A stretch of DNA of 64,000 nt from Corallococcus sp. Z5C101001 (GCF_007352635.1 NZ_VKLU01000005.1:571940-635939); one strand, 5' to 3'; positions 1-10,280 are shown, counted from the first letter of the stretch. Numbers and translations are program-made. Notes: generated by a model from the sequence alone, not told the origin.

Positions 1-859
1 CCCCCTCCGGGATGAAGCTGGGGTGCGTGACGACGAGCCGCGCCGGAATGTCCACCAGGTCCGTGTAGTCCGGCACCGCGAAGGGCGCGGGGCGTGGACG
101 CTTGTAGGGGATCTCCACCGACTGCTGGTCCGCGACGACGCGCACGAGCCGGCTGGTGCCGGAGACGTTGCGGATGGCGAGCACCAGGGAGTCCGTGGCA
201 TCCGCCCGGGCGGGCAGCGTGATCATGGACAGCACCGTGTCCGCGGCCTTCAGGCAGAAGACGGGCAGCGCGGGCGGCAGCGCGGCGGCGTCGAAGCCCT
301 CCGGACCGGGCAGCTCCTGGCGCATCACGACGCCCCCCCCGAAGGGGCCACAGAGCTGCTCGGCGGCTTCCGGGCGCGTCTGGAGCGCGTAGTACAGGAC
401 GCTCGGCGCGCCGTCCGCCACCGGGGCGTGCGCGGCGAAGGCGGTGATGAGCTGGCCGGTCGCCAGGCGCGTCACCTCGTTGAGGCGCGTCCGGTCGGAG
501 GCCACCACGGAGATGCTCCGGCCACCGGAGTTGCGCGCGTAGATGTAGGGGCCGGACACGTCGGCGCCCTTGGCGTCGTAGCCCACGTCCCGGGTGAGCG
601 AGTCGGGCCGCGCGATGACCGGAATGGCGAGCGGCTCCAGCGGATTGGGCGCGGGGATGAACTCACGCGGCGTGCGACTCAAGTCCAGCACGCGCAGCTC
701 GTCCCGGTCCTGCGAGGTGACGAAGACGAGCTGGTTGGAGAGCACCACGTCGTATGTGCCGGACAGACCGGCGGCGCCCGCGGTGGAGGTGGTGTCGGAG
801 CAGGCGAGCGCGAAGCTCGCGCCACTCAGCAACAGGGCAGCAAGGAAGCCGCGCTTCAA
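1..859 (-). CDS. putative lipoprotein (hypothetical), 3' end lies outside the window
   Basis: Hand translation of the minus strand from TTG at 857-859 (AGGAGA Shine-Dalgarno about 8 nt upstream) gives MKRGFLAALLLSGASFALAC, a lipobox signal peptide. The frame stays open to position 1 with high GC3. It is absent from the ORF track because there is no stop inside the window. Confidence 0.5.
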   Translation of the reverse strand, partial: MKRGFLAALLLSGASFALACSDTTSTAGAAGLSGTYDVVLSNQLVFVTSQDRDELRVLDLSRTPREFIPAPNPLEPLAIPVIARPDSLTRDVGYDAKGADVSGPYIYARNSGGRSISVVASDRTRLNEVTRLATGQLITAFAAHAPVADGAPSVLYYALQTRPEAAEQLCGPFGGGVVMRQELPGPEGFDAAALPPALPVFCLKAADTVLSMITLPARADATDSLVLAIRNVSGTSRLVRVVADQQSVEIPYKRPRPAPFAVPDYTDLVDIPARLVVTHPSFIPEG

Positions 860-861
860 GG

Positions 862-2391
862 TCAGTTCTCCTGGCACACGCTGGTGCCCTGGTTCGGATC
901 GCGCTGCTGCTGCGTGCCCAGCTTCGCCACCAGCCTCGCGTCCTGGGGACGCGCGAGGTCGGGGATGTCCACGATGGCCACCTGCCCGTCCCCGAAGTTG
1001 GTCACGAACAGCCGCGCCGAGTTCACGCCCACCGGGTTGTCCACCGTCAGGCCGAAGGCCTGCGACGGGTTGCTGCCCTGGTTCTGCGCGTTGACCAGCG
1101 GCACCTGCGCGACGACCTGGCCAAGCCCCTCGTCATAGAAGGACACCGCGCTGTCGCCGGTGCTCGTCACCGCGACGATGTGGCTGTCGGGGTCGCTCGG
1201 TGACGCCGTCCGGTTGATGATCTGCATGTCGCTCACGCCGTTCGGCATGGGCACCGCGGAGACCACCCGGAAGACGGGCTGGGTGGCGATGGCGCCGGGC
1301 GGCGCGTCGTAGTCGAAGTCGAGGGTGAGGAGCGTGTCGGGTCCGCGCGCCAGCAGGTAGAGCCGCTCGCGCACGAGGTTCGGACGCACCGCGAGCTCCG
1401 CCGCCGTCACCGGCCGGGGCACCACGCGCGCCGCACGCGCCTCGCGGATGCGGTACACGGACTGCAGGTTGGGCTCCAGGATGCGTCCGGTGTCGAACTT
1501 GTCCACCAGCCGCAGCACGAAGTTCGCGCCCACGGTGCCGCTGACGCCGGCCACGAAGTTGCGGCCCGTCACGTAGAGGTAGCCCGCGCCCACCGTCACC
1601 GCATCCGAGCCGCCATACAGGAAGCCGGTGGGCGACAGCGGAATGAAGCCCAGCGTGTCGCGGGTGGGGTTGTCCAGCTTCACCGTGGCCAGGTAGCTCT
1701 CGAAGTTCTTGCTCGACTTGGCGGGCGAGTCCGCCGCCTCCGAGTGCGTCACGTACAGCGTGCCGCTCGCGTCATCCACCGTCACGCCAATGGGCGACGG
1801 CGCGCGAGGCAGGTCCGGCAGCCCCTCCGTGCGCAGCGACGCCGGGATGTCGTTGGTGAGGGACAGGGCGCCCGTGCGGCAGTCCTCGCCGCCCTGCACG
1901 CAGTTGAGCACCGGCTTGCCGCCCTCGGCCACGCCCACGTCCACCGCGTAGAGGTTGTTGCCCTCCGCGCGCGAGGGGACGAACAAGCGGGGCAGCCCGT
2001 TGAGCGGGTTGATCCACAGGCCCAGCTTCCCCGCGAAGCTGCGGATCTGGACCAGCGACTCGTCGCCCGTCGTCAGGTCCTCGAAGGCGAGCGGGGAGGC
2101 GGCGACAGGGGCGCCCAGCCGGGGCACCAGAACCGACTGTCCGTCCACCTGGGCGCTCAGCGAGTCCAGGTTCAGCGCGACCACCGACCCGGAGTCGTAG
2201 CAGTTGTCGAAATTGGCGTTCGCGACGAACAGGTATCCGTTGCTGTTCGTGGGCCCCCCAGCCGTGGGAGGGCGCCAGAACGCCACCCCGCTGGGGTACA
2301 CGAAGCGGGTGGAGGGAGGCGGGTTCGGGTCGGATTCGATCGAACACGCCGCGAAGAACAACAGCGCGGGGGTCAGGAAATGGAGGCGCAT
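862..2391 (-). CDS. putative lipoprotein, hypothetical (possibly beta-propeller-like)
   Basis: The ORF 862..2469 contains an internal ATG at 2389-2391 giving MRLHFLTPALLFFAAC, a lipobox signal. The remaining 500 aa are Gly/Asn/Val-rich with no recognisable catalytic motif. Confidence 0.7.
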   Translation of the reverse strand: MRLHFLTPALLFFAACSIESDPNPPPSTRFVYPSGVAFWRPPTAGGPTNSNGYLFVANANFDNCYDSGSVVALNLDSLSAQVDGQSVLVPRLGAPVAASPLAFEDLTTGDESLVQIRSFAGKLGLWINPLNGLPRLFVPSRAEGNNLYAVDVGVAEGGKPVLNCVQGGEDCRTGALSLTNDIPASLRTEGLPDLPRAPSPIGVTVDDASGTLYVTHSEAADSPAKSSKNFESYLATVKLDNPTRDTLGFIPLSPTGFLYGGSDAVTVGAGYLYVTGRNFVAGVSGTVGANFVLRLVDKFDTGRILEPNLQSVYRIREARAARVVPRPVTAAELAVRPNLVRERLYLLARGPDTLLTLDFDYDAPPGAIATQPVFRVVSAVPMPNGVSDMQIINRTASPSDPDSHIVAVTSTGDSAVSFYDEGLGQVVAQVPLVNAQNQGSNPSQAFGLTVDNPVGVNSARLFVTNFGDGQVAIVDIPDLARPQDARLVAKLGTQQQRDPNQGTSVCQEN

Positions 2392-2558
2392 CAGAGGGGG
2401 GCGGAGTCTAGGAACGCCGCCCTGCCCCGGGCAACTGAATAGGGGGGTATCTATTCCCCGGCCGCCCACCGGACGACATCCGGCCCCCGCACGCGAGCGC
2501 GCGCCGCTCCCCTGGCTGGGGAACGGGCGCGCTCCGGCGCTGAAGCGGTCCGCGGGCC

Positions 2559-4667
2559 TCAGGCGGCCGCGGCCTCGGCCTGGATCTTGGAGAAGTCCGC
2601 CACCTGGTTGAACAGGGCGCCAATCTCCGTGAGGAACCGGATGCGGTTTTCCCTGAGGTCCCTGTCCTCGGCCATCACCATGACCTTGTCGAAGAAGGTG
2701 TCCACGGCGGGCTTCAGGCCGGTGATCTCCTTGAGGGCCCCGGCGAAGTCATCCGCGCGCACCCGCTCGCCCACCTTGTCCCGCGCGTGGGTGAAGGCGG
2801 TGTGGAGGTTCTTCTCCGGCTCGTCGGTGAAGCGCTGCGGGTTGGTCTGCCCGCCGGCCACGTCCTTGCCCTGCTTCTCCACGATGTTGACCACGCGCTT
2901 GAACGCCGCCGCCAGCGGCTGGAAGTCGGAGTGGCCCACCAGCACGCTCAGCGCCTCCAGGCGCTTCTTCGCCGCGACGAGGTCATCGAACCCCACGGCC
3001 AGCACCGCCTCCACGACGTCCGTGCGGTGCTGCTCGCCCCAGAGCGCCTTGAGGCGTCCGCGGAAGAACTCCAGCACCTGTTCGCGCGGCGCCGCTTCGC
3101 CCGGCTTGCGCTTCACGTTGGCCAGCTTCGGGGCCAGCAGGCGCAGCGCCTCATCCACCGCGGCCGACAGGCTGAAGCGATAGCCGCGCCCCAGCACGAT
3201 GCGGATGATGGAGAGGCACGCGCGGCGCAGCGCGAACGGATCCGCCGCGCCCGACGGCGCCTTGCCAATGGCGAAGATGCCGCACAGCGAGTCCAGCCGG
3301 TCCGCCAGGCCGATGAGCGCGCCCGCGTCCTGGGTCGGCAGCGCGTCCTCGGCGCCGCGGGGGAGGTAGTGCTCGGCGATGGCCAGCGCGACCGCCTCGG
3401 GCTCGCCGCCCGCGCGCGCGTACTCGCGGCCCATCACGCCCTGGAGCTCCGGGAACTCGCCCACCATGCCGGTGACGAGGTCCGCCTTGGACAGCGTGGC
3501 GGCGCGCTCCACCGTGGCCACCTCCCCTGCCCTGCCCGTGGCCTGCGCCAGCCAGACGGCCAGCGCGCGGAAGCGCTCGACCTTGTCCAGGTACGTGCCC
3601 AGCTGGTTCTGCCACACCACGCGGCCCAGCTTCTCCACGCGGTCGCCCAGGGGCGTCCGGCGGTCCTCGTCGAAGAAGAAGCGTCCGTCCGCGAGCCGGG
3701 CGGCCAGCACGCGCTGATAGCCGCGCAGGGAGAGCTGCTCGTCGCGCACCGGCGTGTTGGACACGGCGATGAAGAGCGGCAGCAGCTTCCCCTTCTCGTC
3801 CGTCAGCGAGAAGTAGCGCTGGTGGCTCTTCATCTCCTGCACCAGCACCTCGGGCGGCAGGTCCAGGTGACGCGCCTCGAAGCTGCCCACCACGGGGCTC
3901 GGCAGCTCCACCAGGTTCGTCACCTGATCCACCAGCCCCTCGTCCTCCAGGAGGCGGGCACCCGCTGCCTTCGCGGCCGCGTTCACCTTCTCCACCAGCG
4001 ACGCACGGCGCTTGCCGATGTCCGCCAGCACGTGCGCCTTCTCCAGCGTGGCCTCGTAGTCCGCGGGCGACTTCAGCGCGATGGGACCGGGCGCGAGGAA
4101 GCGGTGGCCATGGGTGGTCCGTCCGCCCTTCACGTCGCCCAGCACCACGGGCAGCTCCGTGTCGCCCAGGAGCGCCACCAGCCACTGCACCGGACGCGCG
4201 AACGCCGTGTCCACGTCACCCCAGCGCATGGACTTCTTGAAGTTGATGCCATGCACCGCGGTGTGCAGCGCGTCCTGGAGGATGGCCTCCGCGGGACGGC
4301 CCTTCTCCTCCACGCGCGCGGAGAGGTACTCGCCCTTGGCCGTCGTCGTGCGCCCGAGCGCGTCCACGGACAGCTTGAGGCTCTCGGCGAACTTCTCCGC
4401 CGCCTTGGTGGGCTTGCCCTGCGCGTCGAAGGCGGCCTTGGCGCTGGGCCCCAGCACCTCCTTCGTCACGTCCTCGCCCGCGTCCGCCACGCCGCGCACC
4501 CACACGGCCAGCCGGCGCGGCGTACCGAACGTGCGCACCTCGCCGTGCTTCAGGCGGGCGTCGGCCATGCGCTCGGAGAGGACGCGCTTCAGGTCCTCCA
4601 AGGCCGGGACGATGAACGACGCCGGGATCTCCTCGGCACCGATTTCCAGGAGCAGATCACGCGCCAC
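2559..4667 (-). CDS. glyS: glycyl-tRNA synthetase beta subunit
   Basis: The translation [22 protein letters not shown]... has the typical GlyS N-terminus. A GTG start at 4667 is preceded by GGAGGTG. It overlaps the glyQ stop, as is usual for glyQS. Confidence 0.9.
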   Translation of the reverse strand: MARDLLLEIGAEEIPASFIVPALEDLKRVLSERMADARLKHGEVRTFGTPRRLAVWVRGVADAGEDVTKEVLGPSAKAAFDAQGKPTKAAEKFAESLKLSVDALGRTTTAKGEYLSARVEEKGRPAEAILQDALHTAVHGINFKKSMRWGDVDTAFARPVQWLVALLGDTELPVVLGDVKGGRTTHGHRFLAPGPIALKSPADYEATLEKAHVLADIGKRRASLVEKVNAAAKAAGARLLEDEGLVDQVTNLVELPSPVVGSFEARHLDLPPEVLVQEMKSHQRYFSLTDEKGKLLPLFIAVSNTPVRDEQLSLRGYQRVLAARLADGRFFFDEDRRTPLGDRVEKLGRVVWQNQLGTYLDKVERFRALAVWLAQATGRAGEVATVERAATLSKADLVTGMVGEFPELQGVMGREYARAGGEPEAVALAIAEHYLPRGAEDALPTQDAGALIGLADRLDSLCGIFAIGKAPSGAADPFALRRACLSIIRIVLGRGYRFSLSAAVDEALRLLAPKLANVKRKPGEAAPREQVLEFFRGRLKALWGEQHRTDVVEAVLAVGFDDLVAAKKRLEALSVLVGHSDFQPLAAAFKRVVNIVEKQGKDVAGGQTNPQRFTDEPEKNLHTAFTHARDKVGERVRADDFAGALKEITGLKPAVDTFFDKVMVMAEDRDLRENRIRFLTEIGALFNQVADFSKIQAEAAAA

Positions 4668-5649
4668 GGGCCACCTCCCCCTTCTCCTTCTTCTCCACCG
4701 GCTTGTTGAGCTGCACCGTCTTCCAGTAGTCGCTGGCGGGCTTGCCCTCCAGCACCGGCGGCTGCTCACCCACGGTCCACGGCGTCTTCGTCAGCGGGAA
4801 GCCCAGGCGCTCGCGCATCTGGAGATAGCCTTCCGCGCACAGGCGCGCGTTGTCGCGCACGCGCTTGATGAAGTTGGCGCGCTCGGTGACGGAGATGGCG
4901 CCGCGCGCGTCCAGCAGGTTGAACGTGTGCGAGCACTTGAGCGCGAAGTCGTATGCGGGCAGCGGAAGGTGGCGCTCGATGAGGCGCTTGCACTCCTTCT
5001 CGTATGCGTCGAACAGCGCGAAGAGCATCTGCGGATCCGATTCGTGGAGGGCGTACTTGCTCATCTCCACTTCGTTCGCGTGGAACACCTCGCCGTATTT
5101 CACGCCCTTGACCCACTCGATGTCGAAGACGTTCTCGACGTTCTGCAGGTACATCGTCAGGCGCTCGAGCCCGTACGTCAGCTCCGCGGCGACCGGGCGG
5201 CAGTCGAAGCCACCGCACTGCTGGAAGTAGGTGAACTGCGTCACCTCCATCCCATCACACCACACCTCCCAGCCCAGGCCCCACGCGCCCAGGGTCGGCG
5301 ACTCCCAGTCGTCCTCCACGAAGCGGATGTCGTGCTCCAGCGGATCCATCCCAATCTTCCGCAGCGACTCCAGGTACAGCTCCTGGACGTTCTTGGGCGC
5401 GGGCTTGAGGATGACCTGGAACTGGTGGTGCTGGAACAGGCGGTTCGGGTTCTCACCGAAGCGGCCGTCTGCGGGGCGCCGCGAGGGCTGCACGTAGGCG
5501 ACGTTCCACGGCTCGGGGCCGAGCGCGCGCAGGAACGTGTACGGGGCCATGGTGCCCGCGCCGACTTCCGTGTCGTACGACTGGGTGACGATGCATCCCT
5601 GGTCGGCCCAGTGCTTCTGGAGCGTGAGGATGAGGTCCTGGAAATACAT
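4657..5649 (-). CDS. glyQ: glycyl-tRNA synthetase alpha subunit
   Basis: 330 aa beginning [19 protein letters not shown] with the ...FQVILKP... segment, a near-canonical GlyQ sequence. Confidence 0.95.
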   Translation of the reverse strand: MYFQDLILTLQKHWADQGCIVTQSYDTEVGAGTMAPYTFLRALGPEPWNVAYVQPSRRPADGRFGENPNRLFQHHQFQVILKPAPKNVQELYLESLRKIGMDPLEHDIRFVEDDWESPTLGAWGLGWEVWCDGMEVTQFTYFQQCGGFDCRPVAAELTYGLERLTMYLQNVENVFDIEWVKGVKYGEVFHANEVEMSKYALHESDPQMLFALFDAYEKECKRLIERHLPLPAYDFALKCSHTFNLLDARGAISVTERANFIKRVRDNARLCAEGYLQMRERLGFPLTKTPWTVGEQPPVLEGKPASDYWKTVQLNKPVEKKEKGEVARGA

Positions 5650-5738
5650 GATGGCGAGTCCTTCTCGCAGTGCGTCGAAGGCGGAGGCTGAACGCGGCGG
5701 ACCCTAGTGAGGGGGTCCAGGAGCGTCAAGGACGGGCA

Positions 5739-8045
5739 TCAGTCCGAATAGGCCGGGAGGTCGGCCAGTCGAATCTGGAGCTTCGTCACCTCCCCTGGAC
5801 GGATGGGAGCGGACAACAGCTTGCTCGTTCCGCCGGGGTCCTGAGGGTCCACGATGCGCAGGCGGTAGGTGCCGATGGGGAGCGGGAACTTCGTCAGCGG
5901 GGACGTGCCCAGCTGCGTCGCGCCGTCGAATACCGCGGCGTTCTTCGGCACCGTGTAGAGCGTCAGCCAGCCCAGGCCCGCCTTCGCCGCGCCCTTCGCG
6001 GTGGTCGTGTCGAGCACCTCCGGGGCCTCCGTCTGCGTGACCGTGGTGACAGGCTCCGGCACACGGGGTGGGGCCACGGTGGGCGCGGGCGGCGTGGGCT
6101 TCGGGTCGACCTTCGCGACCGTCGGCTTGTCGGCGGGGGCCACCCAGTTCGCGGGAGAGCTGCCCGGCTTCGCCTTGCGGGCGCCCTTGCCGGCGGCGCC
6201 CTTCTTCGCGTCGGCGGTCGGGGTCTCCGCCTCCGCGACGGGCTCGGACGGGGGGGCCGGAGGAGTCTCCTGCTGCGGCGGCTTCTCGGGCTCGGTCTTC
6301 GCGACGAAGCCCGGCGGAGGACCGGACCGCTTGGGGGGCCACTCCGCGGTCGCGCTGGGATCCACGGGCGCTGCCGGATCCAGCTCCGCCTTCACCCACT
6401 GCTTCGCGGAGTCGAACGCGGGCATGAACAGGCGGCGCACCGGCTCCAGCGTCGCCAGGTAGCCCACGCCGCCCAGGATGAGGAGCAGCACGAGGCGCAT
6501 GCCCCAATTGGAGCGCCGCGGTGGAGCCTCCGGTGCCGCGTCCGCGGCCTCCCCGGCCCCACGCGCGGGCCGGGTGCCCCCGCGCGCCGGCCGGGTGCGG
6601 AAGCGCTGCGTCTGGAGATCGCTGGGGGGATCCAGCAGCGCGTCGGCCTGGGGTGCGTTCCGGGCCTCGGCGGCCTCCGGGCGCGCCGAGGGACGTGCCC
6701 TGGCGGGCCGCGCGCTGTCCGCGGGAGGACGCACCACCCGGGGGATGGGAGCCGCTTCAGCGCCCGCGGGCCGCTGCGCACGCGGCGTCATCGGGGGCGT
6801 GTTGACGCGCGACGCCCCGTCGACGGAAGGACGCGGGGTCGCGCGAGGGGCGGGCGTCGGGGACTCGGCCGCGGTGCGGCGCACGGGCGTGGGACGGAAG
6901 GACGCCGCGGCCTCCGAGGGCGGGGCGTCCGCATGCGGCGACTTCACCTGCGCGGTGGCGGCGGCGGCCGCCTGATCCGTGCCCTCCTCCACCTGAAGCG
7001 CACCGGCGGCCTCGCTGACGCGGGCGTCCTCGGCGCGGCTGGCCAGCTCCAGGAGGGTGCGCGTCTTCTGACGCTTCTCCTCGAAGAGCTCGCCCATCAC
7101 GGCGGTCATCTGATCTTCGTCGAACAGCTCGGCGCCGAGCGTGGCCTCGATGGCGCGCGCCATCTCCCGACAGGTGCCGAAGCGCTGGGCCGCGTCGCAC
7201 GAGAGCGCCTTGAGCACCACCGCTTCAATCGCCTCTGGGAGGGTGGCGTTGAGCGAGCGCGGCGCGGGAATCTCCCCGTCCACGATCTGCATCATCACCG
7301 CGGCCTCGCCCGGAGCGTTGAACAGCCGCTGACCGGCGACGAGCTCATGGAACATCACGCCCGCGGAGAACTGGTCGCTGCGGCCATCCAGGCCCTGTCC
7401 CCGCACCTGCTCCGGGGACATGTACCCGCTGGTTCCCTTCACCGTGCCCACCTGCGTGCGGCCCAGCTTGCCGCGCGCCTTGGCGATGCCGAAGTCGATC
7501 ACCTTCACGACGCCGTCGTAGGTGATCATCACGTTCTTCGGGGACACGTCGCGGTGCACCACCGCCACGGGCCGCCCAGACGGATCCATGAAGTGGTGCG
7601 CGTAGTGCAGCCCCAGGCACGTGTCGCGCATCACGCGGGCGCTGAAGCCCAGCGGCAGCGCGTAGTTGCGCCGGGCCGCCATCTTCACCACCTGCTCCAG
7701 GTTCTGACCGGGCAGGAACTCCATGGCGAGGTACAGCTCGCCGTCCTCCTCACCCAGGTCGAACACCTGTCCGATGTTCGCGTGCGAGAAGGCGGCGGTG
7801 ATGCGCGCCTCGTCGAGGAACATCTTGACGAACTGGTCGTCCTTCTTGATGTCGGGGAGGATCTGCTTCACCGCGACGAACTTGCGGAAGCCGCCGGGAC
7901 CGGAGGTGAACGCGAGGAACAACTCCGCCATCCCGCCCATCGAGAGTCGGGTGAGGATCTCGTATTTTCCGATGCGCCGCCCCCGGTCGGGATCTTCTCC
8001 GGCGCCTCCCTGCGTGCTCATGGCCCGGGGGATGTTACCTGTCAC
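5739..8045 (-). CDS. transmembrane Ser/Thr protein kinase with C-terminal extracytoplasmic PEGA-like domain
   Basis: The kinase subdomains are readable (GxGxxG-like GGMAELF, VAVK, HRDVSPKN, DFG, SGYMSPE). A Pro/Ala-rich linker follows, then one TM helix (MRLVLLLILGGVGYLATL) and a PEGA-like C-terminus (GWLTLYTVPKNAAVFDG...TYRLRIV). An alternative start ATG lies at 8021. Confidence 0.85.
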   Translation of the reverse strand: MTGNIPRAMSTQGGAGEDPDRGRRIGKYEILTRLSMGGMAELFLAFTSGPGGFRKFVAVKQILPDIKKDDQFVKMFLDEARITAAFSHANIGQVFDLGEEDGELYLAMEFLPGQNLEQVVKMAARRNYALPLGFSARVMRDTCLGLHYAHHFMDPSGRPVAVVHRDVSPKNVMITYDGVVKVIDFGIAKARGKLGRTQVGTVKGTSGYMSPEQVRGQGLDGRSDQFSAGVMFHELVAGQRLFNAPGEAAVMMQIVDGEIPAPRSLNATLPEAIEAVVLKALSCDAAQRFGTCREMARAIEATLGAELFDEDQMTAVMGELFEEKRQKTRTLLELASRAEDARVSEAAGALQVEEGTDQAAAAATAQVKSPHADAPPSEAAASFRPTPVRRTAAESPTPAPRATPRPSVDGASRVNTPPMTPRAQRPAGAEAAPIPRVVRPPADSARPARARPSARPEAAEARNAPQADALLDPPSDLQTQRFRTRPARGGTRPARGAGEAADAAPEAPPRRSNWGMRLVLLLILGGVGYLATLEPVRRLFMPAFDSAKQWVKAELDPAAPVDPSATAEWPPKRSGPPPGFVAKTEPEKPPQQETPPAPPSEPVAEAETPTADAKKGAAGKGARKAKPGSSPANWVAPADKPTVAKVDPKPTPPAPTVAPPRVPEPVTTVTQTEAPEVLDTTTAKGAAKAGLGWLTLYTVPKNAAVFDGATQLGTSPLTKFPLPIGTYRLRIVDPQDPGGTSKLLSAPIRPGEVTKLQIRLADLPAYSD

Positions 8046-8125
8046 GCCCCCCCAGGTCGATGCTCGTCTTCTCTTGGACGGACAGGCCCTCCCCCCAAAC
8101 GGCTCAGGAGCCCGGGGAAAGCCGC

Positions 8126-8914
8126 TTAGGCGCCGAACCGTTGCCGCCGCACGTCAAGCATCCAGGCCTCGAGCGCCGCCACCGCCGACGCGGGGGGCTC
8201 CAGCGGCAGCGTGGAGGACGCGTCCGCATCGTCGAGCACCGCGAAGGCGCGCGTCACCTCCTGTTGCCACTGCTCGCTGAGCGCGTCGGACAGCTCGATG
8301 TGCTCCCCCCGCTGCTTGCGCTCCACCAGCGCGCGGGCTTCGGCGAAGCCATACGGCTCCAGCAGGTGGGTGACGTCCGTCTCCACTTCGCCCGTGCGCA
8401 GCAGATGCGTCCCGGTGAGCGTGGTGCGCAGCACGTACAGCAGCTTCTTCGCGGAGCGAAAGCCGCTCTTCTCCCATTCGCGGAGCTGCCCCTGCGCGAA
8501 GCCGCGGTAGTGCCGGTGGACACGCCGCGACAGGACGGCCCGGACCCGAGGCCGCAGCGCCTCCAGCTCCGGCAGCGCCCGCACGGTGACGGCGCCGAGC
8601 ACCCGCTCGATGTAGTTGCCGTTGCCCTGCAGGATGCCGAGCAGCACCGGCTGCAGCTCGTTGGACGAGTAGTCCACCTCCACGCCCTCCCGCACCTCCA
8701 GGCGCTCCGCCGGCACGTGCCGGGGCTGGAGGCCCAGGAGCGCGGCGGTGGGTGCGATGTGGATGGACTTGAGGTCCAGATCGCTGTCGTGCGAGGGGAA
8801 GCCGTACGCATGCGCGCCAGACAGCGTGATGACCAGGTGCTCGCGCTGGAGGGACTCCTCGTCCAGCACCCTGTCCGCCATGCGTGCCTGATGCTCCGTC
8901 ACCATGCCCTTCAT
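8126..8914 (-). CDS. Pol-beta superfamily nucleotidyltransferase (COG3541-like predicted NTase), paralog 1
   Basis: The NTase core motif is hLVITLSGAHAYGFPSHDSDLDLKSIHI (GS...G...DxDxD). The ATG at 8912-8914 is preceded by GGAGGGAGG and overlaps the upstream gene stop as ATGA. The ORF-track N-terminal extension (617 aa, Arg/Gly-rich) was rejected. Confidence 0.7.
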   Translation of the reverse strand: MKGMVTEHQARMADRVLDEESLQREHLVITLSGAHAYGFPSHDSDLDLKSIHIAPTAALLGLQPRHVPAERLEVREGVEVDYSSNELQPVLLGILQGNGNYIERVLGAVTVRALPELEALRPRVRAVLSRRVHRHYRGFAQGQLREWEKSGFRSAKKLLYVLRTTLTGTHLLRTGEVETDVTHLLEPYGFAEARALVERKQRGEHIELSDALSEQWQQEVTRAFAVLDDADASSTLPLEPPASAVAALEAWMLDVRRQRFGA

Positions 8915-10203
8915 TCCGCTCCTCCCTCCAGCGCCGGGGCCTCCGGCGCGTCGCGGCCCAAGGGCCCAGGGGTCTTCAACACCCAACGCCGAGCCACCTC
9001 GTCCCCCACCTTGCGCAGCAGCCGGTCCGCGCGGGCGTAGTCCGGATGTTCCGGCAGCCGGCTCTCCCGGTGCGCGGCCTCCAGCTCGGGCGCCATCGCC
9101 TCCGCGTCGCGCAGCACGTCCTCCAGGGGCACCTGTCCCCCCTTGATGTCGAGCAGCCGCGCCTTCAACGGCCCCGTCGCCTCGAAGGTGGGGACACCGT
9201 CCCGCAGCCAACCCGTGGCCAGGGCCACCAGCCGCAGCAGGTTGTAGGCGTTCTTCGGCCGCAGCTCCCGCGCGGAGGGAGGGCGCTGGCCGCCACCTCG
9301 CGCGTACACCGTGAGCGCCGCGAAGTCGTTGGCGGCGAGCAGTCCCTGATCCCACAGCGAGCGATAGAGCTGCTTGACGTATGTCTTCGCCGCGAGCACC
9401 GCGTCCTCGGGCGAGGGTGCGGCGCGTGGAGACACTGCGGCCAGGCGCCGAGCCACTTCGTCCAGGTCCGGCGTGGGATCTTCGCACAGCCACGCGAGGA
9501 GCAGGTCCCGGTGCTCGGCCAGCCGCTGGCTTCGCGTGAGCTTGTCGAGCTGGCTCATGGCATAGCGCCCGAAGCTGCCGAAGATGGCCTTGGAGACGAA
9601 CGCCTCGCGCGCCTCCAGCACCCATTCGCCCAGGGTGTCCACCGCCGTCGCGCCCGGGACGAAGAGCGTCTCGAGCGTGTTCGGATCCGCGCGCAGGGCC
9701 TGCTCCACCGCCTTGCGCACCTCCCAGTACGTGGTGCTGCCATCCGCGCTCACCAGGTCCCGCGCCGGCTCCCCGAGCCCCAGCGTCCACGACAAGGGCA
9801 GCGCGAACACGCCGCGCACATCCACGTCGGAGCGCTCGTCCGCGAGCCCCCAGGCGTGGCTGCCCACCCGCGTCTCCAGCACCACGCACGGCCGCAGCGC
9901 GCCCCAGGCCGCCTCTCGCCGCTGGGCGAACTGCACCTGGCCCATGCGCCGGGGAACCAGCTCGTCGCGCGCGAACCACACCTCGCCCACGCCGACGATC
10001 TGCACGTCGAACCCACCGTCATGCGCGCGCACCACGCGGCCCACCACGCCCTGCGGAATGCGGCGCCCCGCCGAGGCCACTCGCTCCACACGCGTCGTCA
10101 CCTCGGTGCCGTGCGGAAGGGGCACGGACAGCCGGTCGATCTGCTCCAGGCCCCGGACCCTCGCGGCGGTGGAGGAAGCGGCATCAGCTCGCGGGTCACT
10201 CAT
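8911..10203 (-). CDS. Pol-beta superfamily nucleotidyltransferase, paralog 2, with ~110 aa N-terminal extra domain
   Basis: Carries the motif VVLETRVGSHAWGLADERSDVDVRGV. Its C-terminal helical region (KNAYNLLRLVALATGWLRDG) resembles paralog 1 (KKLLYVLRTTLTGTHLLRTG). The start ATG at 10201-10203 (MSDPRAD) follows AAGGAGGG. Confidence 0.65.
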   Translation of the reverse strand: MSDPRADAASSTAARVRGLEQIDRLSVPLPHGTEVTTRVERVASAGRRIPQGVVGRVVRAHDGGFDVQIVGVGEVWFARDELVPRRMGQVQFAQRREAAWGALRPCVVLETRVGSHAWGLADERSDVDVRGVFALPLSWTLGLGEPARDLVSADGSTTYWEVRKAVEQALRADPNTLETLFVPGATAVDTLGEWVLEAREAFVSKAIFGSFGRYAMSQLDKLTRSQRLAEHRDLLLAWLCEDPTPDLDEVARRLAAVSPRAAPSPEDAVLAAKTYVKQLYRSLWDQGLLAANDFAALTVYARGGGQRPPSARELRPKNAYNLLRLVALATGWLRDGVPTFEATGPLKARLLDIKGGQVPLEDVLRDAEAMAPELEAAHRESRLPEHPDYARADRLLRKVGDEVARRWVLKTPGPLGRDAPEAPALEGGAE

Positions 10204-10280
10204 CGGTCCCTCCTTCTGGGTGGGTGGGCCACGGTGGACGCAGTGAATCACGGGAGCCTGACCCGGCACGGCGCTTCCCG

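Noticed and set aside
23-1138. 371-aa plus ORF at the window start
   Set aside because: Antisense to the minus-strand lipoprotein genes (1..859 and 862..2391). Translation is Arg/Gly-rich junk.
2392-2558. Apparent palindrome gaataggggggtatctattcccc in the intergenic region
   Set aside because: On checking, the arms are mirror repeats, not reverse complements. No hairpin.
2787-8129. Long plus-strand ORFs 2787..4709 and 5670..8129
   Set aside because: Antisense to glyS and to the Ser/Thr kinase gene. Same GC-frame artefact.
8915-9979. N-terminal 355-aa extension of the 617-aa ORF 8126..9979
   Set aside because: The extension is Arg/Gly/Ala low-complexity and overlaps the real upstream NTase gene in another frame. 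An ATG with a GGAGGGAGG Shine-Dalgarno at 8914 gives a clean 262-aa NTase.
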